64,000 nucleotides of DNA from the human T2T-CHM13v2.0 reference genome, Homo sapiens. A program made the translations under genes and the position numbers. Below, one piece after another: positions 1 through 22,942 of this stretch. Position 1 is the stretch's first letter. Every line of letters begins with the position of its first letter. Below the pieces are notes generated by a model that was not told where the DNA came from, did no database searches, and saw nothing but the letters and a program-made list of their open reading frames with translations. The stretch lies in the NCBI RefSeq assembly GCF_009914755.1, contig NC_060939.1; one strand, 5' to 3'.

Positions 1-589
1 TGCCACACATTTTAATCGGCACTGATCACCTCTGTTTCAGCAGTTTGTCTCTGTAGTAAATTGCCTACCACAGTAAAAGGTAATCTCTTGTGGTTCTCAT
101 GTATTTTTCATCGTGTTTAATGCAATACTGTAAACTTTGAATAATACCATAAGACTCGTATAAAGTGATGCCACTAGCACTAGTGATACTGGAAGTGCTC
201 CCAAGAAGAAGAGAAAAGTCTGACATTACAAGAAAAAGTTGAATTGCTTGGTATGTACCATAGATTAATGTCTGCAGCTGCTATTCTGCCATTTCAAGAA
301 AAATGAATGATGTCTGCCATTTCAGGATAAATGAATTCAGTGTAAGGACTATTGTTAAAAAAAAAAAAAAGGAAATTTGTGAAGCCATCTCTGCAGCTAT
401 GCCAGCAGGCACAACAACTTTGTACTTTTTTATGAAATACCTTTTTATTTTGTATTGACAATGCAGCTTTTATGTGGGTGCAGGATTGCTATAAAAAAAG
501 GCATACTATGATTCAAGAAAAAGTGAAGTCATTATATCACAGCTTTTAGATTCTAAAGCTGGAGACTTTAATGCCAGCAAAGGATGGTG

Positions 590-909
590 TTTTTTTTTGT
601 TTGTTTGTTTTTTGTTTTTTTTTTTGAAATGGAGTCTTGCTCTGTCATCCAGACTGGAGTACAGTGGCACTATCTCGGCTCACTGTAACCTCCGCCTCCT
701 GGGTTCAAGCAATTCTCCTGCCCCAGCCTCCCAAGTAGTTGTGATTACAGGTGTGTGCCACCATGCCCGGCTAATTTTTGTATTTCTTTAGTAGAGATGG
801 GGTTTCACCACGTTGGCCAGGCTGCTCTCAAACTCCTGACCTCAGGTGATCCACCCACCTCAGCCTCCCAAAGTGCTGGGATTATAGAGTGGAACCGCCA
901 CACCTGGCC
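590..909 (-). mobile_element. Alu (AluS-like) inside Tigger2
   Basis: Poly-T followed by the reverse Alu consensus ending ...cctggcc. Confidence 0.95.
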
Positions 910-1403
910 GGTTTGGTAATTTTAGAAAAAGGTTTGGCTTTGAAAAAGTCAAGATAACAGGAGAAACAGCTTCTGCCAGAAAAGAGGCAGTAGGTTCCCA
1001 AACTACATTAAGAAAGTTCCCAAACTATATTAAGTTGTTGGAGAAAGAGTATCTGCCTGAACAAGTTTTTAATGCAGACAAAAGTGCCCTATTCTGGAAG
1101 AAAAAGGTCACAAAGATCTAAGGAAGAAAAGTGAATACTAGGACTTAAGGCAGGAGGAGATCGTCTAACTTTACTGTTTTGCGCAAATGCAGTTGGGTTT
1201 ATGATCAGAACTGCCATTACCTATAAAGCTGCTAACCCGAGTCTTGAAGGGAAAAAGATAAACACCAGCTGCCAGTCTTTTGGTTGTACAACAGGAACGC
1301 TTAAACAATATGAACCCTTTTTCGTGATCGGTTACATTAATGCTTTGTCCCTGAAATCAGAAAGTATCTTGCTAGTAAGGGACTGCCTTTTAAAGTTGTT
1401 GGG

Positions 1404-1704
<301 letters not shown>

Positions 1705-3068
1705 TAAAGTTGTTTTGATATTGGACAATGCCCCTGGCCACCCAGAACCTCATGAGTTCAGCACTGAAGGCGTCGAAGTGATAAATGCTTGCTCCCAGAG
1801 AAGCATCTCTAATTCAGCCTCTAGGTCAGGGGTCGTAAAGACCTTTCAGGCTCATTACACATGGTACTCTTTGGAAAAGATTGTCAGTGCTATGGAAGAG
1901 AACCCCAATAGAGGGAACATCATATCATTGAAGATACCATTATTGTTTAGAAAAAGATGTGAAAGCTCTCAAGCCTGAAACAACAAATTTTTGCAGGAGA
2001 AAACTCCAGATGTTGTGTGACTTCACAGGATGGAAATCATGATAGAGATTGTGGATATGGCAAGAAAGGTTGGGGGTTAAGGATTTCAAGATAGGGATCT
2101 TGGAGATATTCAGGAGCTAATAGACACCAAACCAGAAGAATTAACAGAAGATGACTTGATGGAGATGACTGCTTCCAAACCACTGCCAGACAGTGAGGAA
2201 GAAGACATAGAAAAAGAGAAAAAGCGTGCAAGAAAACAGATTGACACTAGACAGTCTGACAGAAGGGGTCTGATTATTCAAGACTGCTTTTCACTTCGTT
2301 TGCAACGTGGACCGTTTGGTGATATGAGAACTGAAACTAAAGCAAATGGTGGAAGAAGGATTGGTACCATATGGAAACAATTTAGAGAACAAAAAAGCAG
2401 AAAAGTCAGAAATTACATTGTATTTCCATAAAGTTACACCAAGTATGCCTGCCTCTCCAGCCTCCCCTTTTACCTTCTCCACCTCTGCTAACCCTGAGAC
2501 AGCAAGACCAACCCCTCTTCTACCTATTCAATGTAAAGACAAGGATGAAGACTTTTATGATGATCGACTTTCACTTAATGAATAGTAAATATATTTTCTC
2601 TTCCTTGTGATTTTCTGAATAACATTTCCTTTTCTCTAGCTTACTTTATTATAAGAATACATTATATATTAATAATATACAAACATACAACACAAAATAT
2701 GTGTTAGTCGACTATGTTACCAGTAAAGCTTCTGGTTAATAAGCTATTAATAGCTCAAATTTTGAGGGAACATAAAATTATACATGGATTTTTGACTTGT
2801 AGAGGGGTCTGCATGCCTAAATCTGGCATCCTTTAAGAGTCAACTGTACTGTGGTTAGTTGGAAAGTAGTTGCAGCTATAGATAGTCAAAATGTATTGTT
2901 TACCATGTGCCAGGCACTGTGCTGAACACTGCATAAAAATTGGACTTACAGAAAAGAGTAGATAAGATTTTGAGCAGAGCTTTGCTTTAGGAAGATTATT
3001 TCTGGTTAAGGAATGGTTTGGAGATGAAAAAGAAAGGAAGTTAGAGTTTAATATCAAAGATGCTTCAA

Positions 3069-3914
<846 letters not shown>

Positions 3915-4894
3915 TCACAAACCCTCAGACTTCAAGATTAGAAGGGTGAGATTTAATAATTTTCATCTTGTCCAGTCTGTCTAATACAGTGCTGTTTGCT
4001 TCATTTTTCATTCATTATTATGAAGTTACAAATATGTCTTTGAAGTTAAAAATGTGGCAATGGAGGTTAACATCAAATATTAATGTTTAAAATATTGATT
4101 CCTGTGCTCCATTTCTAACAATTGTATCATACCATAAAATTCTAATTTGGGGGAGCAGGACCAGTTTTATTTAAAGACTGGCTGCACCCATTACATCTCG
4201 ATTTTGGTTTTAACTCCAGGCATTTTCTTAAAATTAAGTAGCATTTATTGTGTGTTTTACCATATGTTCAGAATTAAATTCCTTCCTCATTTAATCCTTA
4301 CTTATTATTATTCCAAAATTACAGATGCAGAAACTCAAGCTCAGAGAGGCTAATTTGCCTTCATTAGTAAGTAGATTGACACTGAGGCAGGCAGGCTCTA
4401 GATCCCGTGCTCTTCACCTCTCAACTGCAGTACAGTTCACATCTCCATGGGAGGTTAGCAGAGAAAAGCAAATATCGAAGCTGTGTTCTTTGTTAACAGT
4501 TCTTTCAGAGGTATTATTTGATCTTTCTTAAATAAATGCCAAGACTGCCTTCTGACAGTAGGCTTATTCTCACATCGTAGTGTTTGGATTTGAAAAATGT
4601 TTTACATTTTCAACCTAGCAACTGTGTTTTTGTTAAGAAGTAATTGTTGCCATATCACAGGTGAAGAAACAAGCTCAGAGGACTTTCTCTAGGGCAAACC
4701 TGCGTTTGTAGATAGGAATAAGAAATGAAGCTCTCAGGTAGTGAATAAGAATGTAGTTTGTGAGACAGTGTATTTAGAATGATTCTTTAGTTTACATTGC
4801 TGCCCTAAATATATTGTGCTGTTCAGTATTAATTATGCCAAAGACCTTAATATTTCATCCTTCAACTCATGTATGTGTATTACTCCATTTCCAG

Positions 4895-5043
4895 GGTTTG
4901 AATGCCGGTGTGGAAATGTTTACTGTGGTGTACACCGTTACTCAGATGTACACAATTGCTCTTACAATTACAAAGCCGATGCTGCTGAGAAAATCAGAAA
5001 AGAAAATCCAGTAGTTGTTGGTGAAAAGATCCAAAAGATTTGA
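4895..5043 (+). CDS. ZFAND6: ZFAND6 terminal coding exon (C-terminal part of the AN1-type zinc finger); upstream exons lie outside the window
   Basis: Acceptor ttccag at 4889-4894. Translation (G)[48 protein letters not shown], with AN1 Cys/His ligands and the ZFAND5/6-type C-terminus. Adjacency to FAH fits ZFAND6. Confidence 0.96.
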
Positions 5044-5800
5044 ACTCCTGCTGGAATACAAAATTCTTGAGCATCTGCAAACTAAAAATTGACTTGAGGT
5101 TTTTTTTTTCCTAGTCATTGGGAATGTAGAGCAGTGTATCTTGCATGTCATCGGAAGAATAGATTTTTGTTTTGGTTTTGTTTTGAAAATGACTCTGAAC
5201 ATTTATTTCCATTGCAATTTCTGTGGCTGAGGAGACTTAAACTTTACAAGTATTATCCTTTTAAGATCATTTTAATTTTAGTTGAGTGCAGAGGGCTTTT
5301 ATAACAAACGTGCAGAAATTTTGGAGGGCTGTGATTTTTCCAGTATTAAACATGCATGCATTAATCTTGCAGTTTATTTTCTCATTGTGTATGTATATAT
5401 CGCTTTTCTCTGCAGCACGATTTCTCTTTTGATAATGCCCTTTAGGGCACAACTAGTTATCAGTAACTGAATGTATCTTAATCATTATGGCTGCTTCTGT
5501 TTTTTCATTAACAAAGGTTATTCATATGTTAGCATATAGTTTCTTTGCACCCACTATTTATGTCTGAATCATTTGTCACAAGAGAGTGTGTGCTGATGAG
5601 ATTGTAAGTTTGTGTGTTTAAACTTTTTTTTGAGCGAGGGAAGAAAAAGCTGTATGCATTTCATTGCTGTCTACAGGTTTCTTTCAGATTATGTTCATGG
5701 GTTTGTGTGTATACAATATGAAGAATGATCTGAAGTAATTGTGCTGTATTTATGTTTATTCACCAGTCTTTGATTAAATAAAAAGGAAAACCAGAATGCT
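5044..5800 (+). other. ZFAND6: ZFAND6 3'UTR
   Basis: AT-rich, repeat-free sequence after TGA, ending near the poly(A) signal. 3' end approximate. Confidence 0.8.
5773..5782 (+). terminator. ZFAND6 poly(A) signal (overlapping ATTAAA/AATAAA)
   Basis: ATTAAATAAA at 5773-5782, followed by a U-rich downstream region (~5805-5880). Confidence 0.8.
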
Positions 5801-6309
5801 CCCTTGTATTACTTTTTCTCTTATTCTTTCTGGTAGTTAATTTTATTTTTTGGTCTTTTAGTTTTCTACTTTCCTAATTTTGTAAGAGAACTACCATTAT
5901 TTGTCTTGCATCTATTTGTGACTAAGCTTATGATCATGAATTGTAATTTTGTATTCCTCTGAGTTGAAGACCTGAGCATATCTTCAGAGGCAAGCACTCC
6001 TCTCTGTTACTTAAATGTATTTTTTAGTCCTTGTCTGATTCCCTTTTCTACACTGTCACACTCAATTAACATCTAATAGAAGCTTTTTCTTGTAGGATTG
6101 GAGAAATTTTAAGAGTATAATTCAAACTGCAGGGCAATTGTAGAATTGCGGAGTAGAAAGACCCTTGAAAGATCATTTGTCCTGTGGTTTTCAAATGTGT
6201 CTGGTAGCCAAACGTTTTTAAACATGAAATGTCATATAAAACAGATGAAGGCAATAATTTTACAATATAAATTTCTCAGTTTAAAATTATTTACTTACTT
6301 GCATGTTCT

Positions 6310-9293
<2,984 letters not shown>

Positions 9294-9973
9294 AATAGAT
9301 TTTATGTGAAAAGAAAGCAGGATAATGATGATGAAAAAATTCAGAACAATGCCCTTAGATGAGAGGTGGCAAGGGATGCGCTAGTAAGTGGTACTATATG
9401 GTCAAAGCTCCAGCTTTCTTGGGGTTAGTAGAGTCAGGATGCTTATATTAGGAAACTAAAAGAGGCCATGTATGAACCAATGCTGAGAGTGTCTTGAACC
9501 AGGGATTATGATTAATCCAATATTCTGTACCGGAAGTCCAAAGTATCAAAAGCAGAAAGTTAATTATAAAGCTGTTTTGATGATCACATTTTAGAACTTG
9601 AAGGTTATGCAAGGAAAGGTGTTGAATCAGCCTCAGCATTCAATTTGTATTTCTTTTTAAAATTGTCACACATAAAAAACAAACATTCACAGTCTTCCAG
9701 TTTCACTACACCTAAATACACTGTTAATCAAGAGTTTTCTCGTACTTCAGTCTTCCATACTAATTTTTCTGGGATGTTTGTGCTCAAGTCTGGTGCAAAG
9801 TGTCCTCTCCCCTAGTTATCCTACAATGCTAACTTGTACTGCACAGTGCAGTCTTGAAATCATTCCTTTACTTCAAGCACAACTCAAAAGCCGTGTATTT
9901 TCTAATGTGAAAACAGTTTTTACTAAACTAACAATGGCTATACTTCCCCTTTCTCATAGTTTCCAGAACATCT

Positions 9974-10456
9974 TACCAAGACCAGCTCGGTCATGGAGAC
10001 CCTAACCCAGTGGCGCTAGAGGAATTAAGACAAAGACACAGAGTGCAGAGTGGGAATCAGGGGGCTGACAGCCTTCAGAGCTGAGAACCCTAAACAGAGT
10101 TTGACCTGCATATTTATTGACAGCAAGCCAGTGATGAGAATTATTTCTATAGATTATAGATTAGCTAAAAGCCTTCCTTATGGGAAACAAAGGGACAGGC
10201 TCTGGCTTGTTATCCGCAGCTGGAACATGTCCTTAAGGCATAGATCGCTCATGCTATTGTTTGTGGTTTAGGTACGCCTTGAGCGGTTTTCTGCCCTGGG
10301 TGGGCCAGGTGTTCCTTGCCCTCATTCCAGTAAACCAGCAACCTCCAGCGTGGGTGTCATAGCCATCACAAGCATGTCACAGTGCTGTAGAGATTTGTTT
10401 ATGGCCAGTTTCTCATGGCCTGTTTATGGCCAGATTTGGGGGACCTGTTCCCAGCA
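9974..10456 (-). mobile_element. MER9-type solo LTR (HERV-K9/HML-3)
   Basis: Reverse strand begins TGCTGGGAACAGGTCCCCCAAATCTGGCCATAAAC, like the recalled MER9 consensus. Perfect 6-bp TSD ACATCT at 9968-9973 and 10457-10462. Confidence 0.88.
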
Positions 10457-10599
10457 ACATCTAAACAGATATTATTGGGAATTTAGGAAAGGATACTTTG
10501 TTGTGGTGTCTTTTCAGAGACTGGCTTCCTGGCCATTTTCCCTTCTTTTTATTAACACATAAGCATCAAGATTAATTCAGAAGGCCAGTAGAATAGAAA

Positions 10600-15385
<4,786 letters not shown>

Positions 15386-15828
15386 TTCTCCAGGTGTTGT
15401 CCCAGACAGCCGCTGAGATGTGGAACACATCTGACAACAACAATCAGAATCCTGGTGAGGAGGGAGGGCAGGACAGAATGCTCTCACACAGGATGTTCTT
15501 AGACAGAGTCAATCTACTTCTCATGTTGCATGTTATACTTTTATGTACATTAGTGATGGGGAGGTAAGGAAGAGGAAAACAGGATTGCTGACATTTATTG
15601 AGAACTTTCTGTGTGTCCCACAATATGCTGAGAGTTTTTGCAGGGGTTTTCTTATTTGATCTTCTAAACAACCTTACAAGGCAGGTATCGTTTTTATTAT
15701 TTCATTTTTCCAATGCATGAAATTAAGATTTGGTGAGGTACAGTAACCTAAACCCAAACTCAATATGAACGTTCTAGAAAGAGATTTCAAATCTTTCTTA
15801 TTTGAAACCTTAACATATATATTCTTAC

Positions 15829-16191
<363 letters not shown>

Positions 16192-16262
16192 TTACCACAT
16201 ACTGTTTCCTTTTGTTCAACATCTAGGGAAAGGGCCACAAGGAAAAATCATGCCTAACCAAC

Positions 16263-16266
<4 letters not shown>

Positions 16267-16308
<42 letters not shown>

Positions 16309-16309
16309 C

Positions 16310-16341
<32 letters not shown>

Positions 16342-16353
16342 CGAAAGAGAGAC
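16267..16353. repeat. Compound microsatellite (GT)~20 followed by (GA)n
   Basis: Read directly. Confidence 0.95.
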
Positions 16354-19177
16354 AGGGAAATTTTAGTGTGGATTTATTGTTGACAAACTAAACAATGTTT
16401 GCAGAGAGAGGCACTGAGAATGATCTATTCAGCTGTGCCAAACAGGTTGAATACAGAGGTTGTAACTTATGTGTCAACATTCCTCTGTATTTCTGGGAGC
16501 AGAGTGGGATCCACAGCTATAGCTCAAAAAGGCACCGAACATTTGGATGGGAAAAAAGGGATAATTCAGATGGGAAAACTATTGAATATGTATTTAGTTA
16601 TAAGAAAACAAAACAAAATTAGAAGTATTTTGTTGAAATAACAGTGAGGGAGAGTCTAAAAAGTGGCTCCTGCTTTGATAATGGTAACAGAGAACTCATT
16701 ATATGGTACACATTATTAAGTCAGATGGCAATGACATGTTCTTTATTTAAGGTGCTGCTTGTTATTTGTGAGTCTTGCAAATCCAGCTTAAATCCAAAAT
16801 GGATTTGAGGTAGTATTCCATCAGAACATAGACACAATAGTACCTGAAACAGACTAAAGACAGAATTAAAGAGGGCAGGAAGAAGAAAATTTATATTGCA
16901 GAAAACCTAGCCCTGGTTGAGCTGGTTCACCTAGGACTTCATCCAATCCCCTTCTCCCCACCCTACAACATGCACTTGCACTTGAATTACTTACGTTCAG
17001 TTCCAAGATCCTCTAAATTTTGAACTCCTTTGAGAGGACAGAATGTCATGTATATTTGCACATGACATATATTCTTGATACTAAAATGTACTGGACACAT
17101 GCCAAACCCATGATGCCCACTACAAAATGTGTACCATAAACATCACTGAGCTCAGACCTGAAAAAGAGAGGACACTTACTTTGCTAAAGTGCTTGGCCTT
17201 TGACATAGTTTCCTCTTTTTCTTGACGACCATGCAGCAGTGCTGAATGTTGCAAAAAAGGCCACCCCATCCTGCTTCCCAGTGCAGGCAGCGTCCACACC
17301 TTGCTTATCTGAATGGCAACTGCCAGCTTCTCAGAGCCGTTGCAAGACATTAGTGTCCTGGATCTGGAAAGTTGTCTCTCAGCTCTCTTGTAAAGGAGTG
17401 AGGGACATGCTTTGTGTGAATGAGGGCTGCAGTGCAGTGTGTTGCTTTTTAGCATCAGAGGGAGGCATTAAATATGGTGCTACAGAGACCCAAACCAGCC
17501 TTCATTGCTGGAGATGCTGAAACTCACTGCGAGTCCTGAAAGTGTTCATACTCTTTGAGTCAGGAATCTTCCTTAGATAATTGTCAAGGAAAAGGAAAAC
17601 ATTCTGTGCATGCACCTCTTCATTGAACCGTTATTATTACCATCTAAAACATTGCGACTTCCTTAGCTAATGACAATGATCATAATAAAGCCTATTGGGC
17701 CTCAAGGAAAAATATTCAAGAGAATAAGGTAGGGAAAGACTGAAAAATTGCATCTATGTAAAGTTTATAAGGATGGAAAAGCCATGTGCATACAAATGGA
17801 ATGAAAAAAAAACATGAAAATGAGAAGACTACATTGGTGGGATTATGGGCAATCTCTTTGTTTTAAAATTCTTTTTAAATAATTGTTGTGATATACGTGG
17901 CCAACACATTCTCTTCCAAAAAATGAGAAAGAAAAAATATAGTATACTTGCAAGTTATTTCAAATGCTGTTTTCCAAATAGAGAACAGCTTTGGCGTTTT
18001 CAGACACTGTGTATAATTAGTGGGTTGGTTAAGTCTATTTTAAAACTATGAAATCTTACTCCCTCTTTAGCCATCTCATCCCCACACCCTTTCCTACACA
18101 TACATCTGCCCCATGTCCTTTCCCTAAAATACTTTGGTTTTCTTTCTCCAAGGGTTTTATCATTTAGGCTTTTGTTAACTTGTATGTATTCAGTAGAAGC
18201 TCCTGGCCTAGCATCCCCCACACAACACATGCTCCATAAAAACAGGAATTAAAGATGTGAGTTGCTGGTGTATCCCCATGGCCTGGCATAGGGCATGGGC
18301 TTATTAGTTATTGCTTCATTTCCTTTTGGTCAACAGTTTTATATTAATGACATGTATTTATGGAGAACCTATTCTGTGCCAGGTGTTTTGCTGGGTATTG
18401 ACAGAGTTGCACATGGAATAAGAAAGCTCGTGGTTTTAATGGGAAGGGGCAGGGCAACTACAGAACGTGGAAATAATTCATTGCGTTGCAGCTGAGGACT
18501 AGCTTGAATTAGGCAGGTATCAAGTGCTCCCTGGAATGCCTCTTTATAAGGCCACCAAGTTGGGATACTCTCCTCTTCTTTTCCTCTTTCAGGAACCTAC
18601 CAGAACAAATCAGACCACCTTCATTCCCTCCCCAGGGCTGACTTAAAAGAACTGAAGCCAGTCCTTGGCAGAGCCACTCAGGGCAGGAGATGAGAGCCAA
18701 GAGGCTGTGCCCAGATTACACTCCTTACTGGGTGATGATCACTGGTCACGCCTGGTGGACAGGCACCAGAGTGATCTCAGGGGCTAGGAAGGGGGGCTCA
18801 ACAGCGGGCCCTGCTTGCCGTACTCGCTCCTCTCAAGCCGTCTGGTTTCAAGCCCACTTAGCTCACATTATCCTGCCATCTTCCAGCCTCTTCTCCCTAA
18901 GCTGAAATGCGGAGCAGCCTCCCTAACTCAGCAGTCACTGTGTCACATTCCTCAAGGATCTTCAGGGAACCCTTGCCCAGACTATCGTCTACTTTTCTAG
19001 ATTTCAGCCGGCATCCTGGCTGTTTAAAAGTGTACCTGAATCATTCACACCAACAATAACACAACGACACACTCTCCGGTGTGTTCCAAGTGTCCTGGCT
19101 GTGGCATGGTCTCAAAAAACTGCAGCTGACTGCACATGAGTGATTAGATAACACCTTGAACCCACCCTAAGATAGTC

Positions 19178-19320
19178 TGCCTTTCCCTTCTTTCCTGTCT
19201 TCCTTCTTTTCTTTCTCCCTCTCTCTCTTCTCCTATTTCTCTTTTATCTTTCCTTTCCTTTATCCCCCTCCCCTCCTTTCCTCTTTTTCCCTCCCTTCTC
19301 TCTCTTTCCACACACACATA
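19178..19320. repeat. Polypyrimidine low-complexity tract with a short (CA)n, followed by MIR-like sequence
   Basis: About 130 nt of almost exclusively C/T. Confidence 0.85.
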
Positions 19321-19904
19321 ACCTGTATATGCCAGGCACTATTCTAGGTGCTTCACAAATATTAATTCATTCCATTCTTATATCAACTTTGTGAAGTAGG
19401 AACTATTATCATCAACATTATACAGAGAAGGAAGCTGAGGTAGAGAAAGTTTAAGTAACTTGTCCAAGGTTGAGCATCTTGTCAACGTCATTTTACTACT
19501 GGCATGTGAAACAGGTGAGTTATATTTTTTAGAATATTAATTCTCATTAATTGAAGCCTTCCAAACAGGCCTAACTGTCCCCTTCTCTGACATACAAGTG
19601 GAAGTGTCATAGCTGGACGGAGCATCATGGTATGAAGGCAGAAAGGACGCGACTGGGTGTTCTTCTGAAGCTCAGGGAGCAGCTCTTGGGGAGAAAGTGT
19701 TTCCAGGAAGCGGACAAGAGTTCTGTTGAGCTGAAGAGCAGGGCAGCAGCCGGGGCGAGCGAGGCTGGAGTCATGCAGGGCAGAGCCTTAAATGCTAAGC
19801 TGGGGTTTGCTCTCGGTAGGACCAGCTAGCTGCCCCGAGCGGGGGCTGGAACCAGATCTCCCCCACGTGGACTCGCGGACAGGGCGGGGATCAGGACGGG
19901 GGCG

Positions 19905-20300
19905 GGGCCAGGGGAGGGGCGGGGCTCGGGGAGTGAGGCAAGACTGGAGGGCCTGGGACTCTCGGGTACCCGGGCCAGGGGAGGGGCGGGGCTCAGGGAG
20001 GGAGGGAGAGACTGGATGACCTGGGGCTTGCAAGGCGGGGCGAGGGGAGGGGCGGGGCGAGGGGAGGGGCGGGGCTCAGGGAGGGAGGGTGAGACTGTGG
20101 AGGACCTGGGGCTCGCGGGGTCGGGGCAAGGGGAGGGGCGGGGCTCAGGGAGGGAGGAGAGACTGGAGGACCTGAGGCCCACGGGGGCGGGGCCAGGGGC
20201 GGGGCGGGGCTCTGGAAGGGCGGGCGAGACTGTGGAGGACCTGGAGCTGGCGGGGGTCAGGGTAGGGGGGAGGGGCAGGGCTCGGGGTTCGGGGGCGGGG
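19905..20300. repeat. G-rich degenerate minisatellite, ~5-6 copies of a ~65-70-bp unit
   Basis: Recurring GGGGAGGGGCGGGGCTCAGGGAGGGAGG..GAGACTG(TG)GAGGACCTG at about 19911, 19978, 20061, 20130, 20197 and partially 20266. Confidence 0.85.
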
Positions 20301-20312
20301 TGTTCACGGTGA

Positions 20313-20646
<334 letters not shown>

Positions 20647-22942
20647 GAGGGGCGGGATGGAGGCTTGTGCCATTTTTCTCTTAAGATTCGTTCCGTGAGA
20701 GTGCCTATGGGCTCGAGTCCCGCCTCGTAACTTTCTAGCTGTGCACGTTGTTTAACTTTTCAGCCTCATTGTCCGCAGGTTTGCTGAGAATTAAATGCAA
20801 AATGAAATGAATCGTGTCACTCTCCCAGACAAGCAGAGCAAGCAGGATTCTGTTACCGGAAGCTGCAGCACACAGGCATGCTGCCTACTCCGAGGTGGTT
20901 GCGGTGTGTTTCTCTCGCCCAAGAGGCCAGGTCAGGGCTGGTGGTTCATCTCGCTGGATAGCCCCTAACCCTAGAACCCGGGAAATGATAACCCGGTATG
21001 CGTAGCAGGTCAGAGGGGCACGCGCGTTTCTTGGCTTAGAGTTGTGAGATCTAAGATGGCAAGTGTCTCTGCCTATAGCTGAAATTCTTTCAGCTCCTGG
21101 TGTGGGCTCCCTGGCATTCCCCTACTGATCAGAAGAAAGAGGGCAGGGAAACAAACTTTGACTAAGTCAGTGTAGTCTGATTGGTAGAAAGAAGTATTTG
21201 AAAACTGGGGGTTTATCAGCAAATAGATAATAAGAGGTTCCCTAGGTTGGAAAAGCAGATTCCCTTGGATTTGTTGATGATATTTTTGGCTTAGATTTCT
21301 GCTCCCAACTTTAAAGGTAAACTCCTGATTCATCTCTGTAAGCCATAGAACCCCAGAATCAGGAAATGTTTGCTAAACGAGGGGCCTGGCAGTTGGCTTC
21401 TTCTTGGAAAGTGGGGTTCCCTCCTTCCCCCATGGCTTGTCATTGGATGCAAGTGGCTGGCCTTTTGTGGGCCTGTCTGCGGTAAGTGCTTTGGTCTAGA
21501 AGAGTCAACTTGTGGTTTCACATCTGGCCGGGCTGACCAGATGTTGCAAGGATACAGAAAGTGGACACTCAATCCCCTGGAGGACACAATCTGAGGCACA
21601 TTAAATCTTAACTTGTGATGGCCAACAACCTTTCTGCAGACAGAGCCCTCCCTCTGCCCTCCTCAAACACTTTGCCCTCGGCAGATGTGTCCTCCCTCAC
21701 CTTTCCTGGGAGCACAAATCCATTAGACAGAAACATTTGTGAGAGGCAGGCACACCCCAGTAGGGAGCTCTGACTTGCTTTCTCAGGGGAATCGAATTAA
21801 TATCCGTTAGAGTGTGGCTAGGTGTTTTCAGACACCATGTCCCGCTGTTTCAACATCAGAATGTGCAGGGCAGCCACTACAGATGTCTGGAAGAGAGAGC
21901 CCCATTCCGCTGTCCTCTGATACAGTGCTGGGGGTGGAGAGTTGGCCCTTTGGCCTTCCAGCTGAACAAGCCTCTTCTGAAGCTTTCTCTGCAGGCATTG
22001 GACATTCCAACCGTGATGGCTGCCTTGCCAGGCAAGACTAGTTGCCAAGGCAAAACCTCCCTTCCCCCATGTCAGCAGTCAGCCTTTCCTAATTTGAGTG
22101 GAATAACAATGAATCCTGCCATCACTTTATTCATTTTTTTTTATTCAGCGAATGCTTATGAACCCCAACTCTGGTCCAGATTTTGCCTGGGCTCCGAGTT
22201 GGCATCAAAGACACAGGAGACGCCTTCCTTCCATTTCTGGTTGATGGACTAGTAAGGTGTACAGGGGTGCTCTCTGTGAAGGTAGGGGTGGTGGCCTCTG
22301 AGAACGGGGTTGTAGTAGTGTGGAGCTGGTTTTGCCGGGTGCCTTGTTAAAGTCCCCGTGGTCTGGCTGTGCTGCTGCCTCCTGGCCTCTGCTTTCTCCA
22401 GCCACATTGGCTGCCTTTGAGTCTCTGAGATGTGCTAAGAGCAGCTTCCTGCCTTCAGGCCTTAGCACATGTTGTTCCTTCTGCCTGGAATACTCGTCCT
22501 TCTGCTCTCTATATGCTTGGCCCCTTCTCACTCTTTGGGACTCAGCTTAAATGTCACCTCCTAAGCACCCTCTCTGAATGAGCTCCCCGCTGCGGCCCAG
22601 CCTTGGTTATCTCTCACCACACCCTGTGTTTCCTTTTGCTTCTGGAGAGAAGGAACCACGTCACTGTTCCCAGGGCCTCAGCAGCCTTTGTGTAATGCTG
22701 GTACTGAGAAGATGCTCTCTAAATCTTTGTGGCATGAATAGCGTCTACCCTGTGTCTGTTCTTGTGGTGAGAGATTTACAGATATTAATTAAATTCTCAC
22801 AATAAACCTACTGTGAAGTTATTGTCCCCATTCTACAGATGAGGAAACTGAGGTCCAGAGAGGCAAAGCATCATGCTCCAGATCTCACAGCCAGTAAGAG
22901 GCAGATATGGGGTTGATCCCCACATCTGTCAGCCTCCCAATC

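Noticed and set aside
4816-5043. ZFAND5/6 processed pseudogene or stand-alone 75-aa ORF
   Set aside because: Homology starts exactly at an AG acceptor (4895) with intronic sequence upstream and no poly(A) tail or TSD, so it is a genuine terminal exon.
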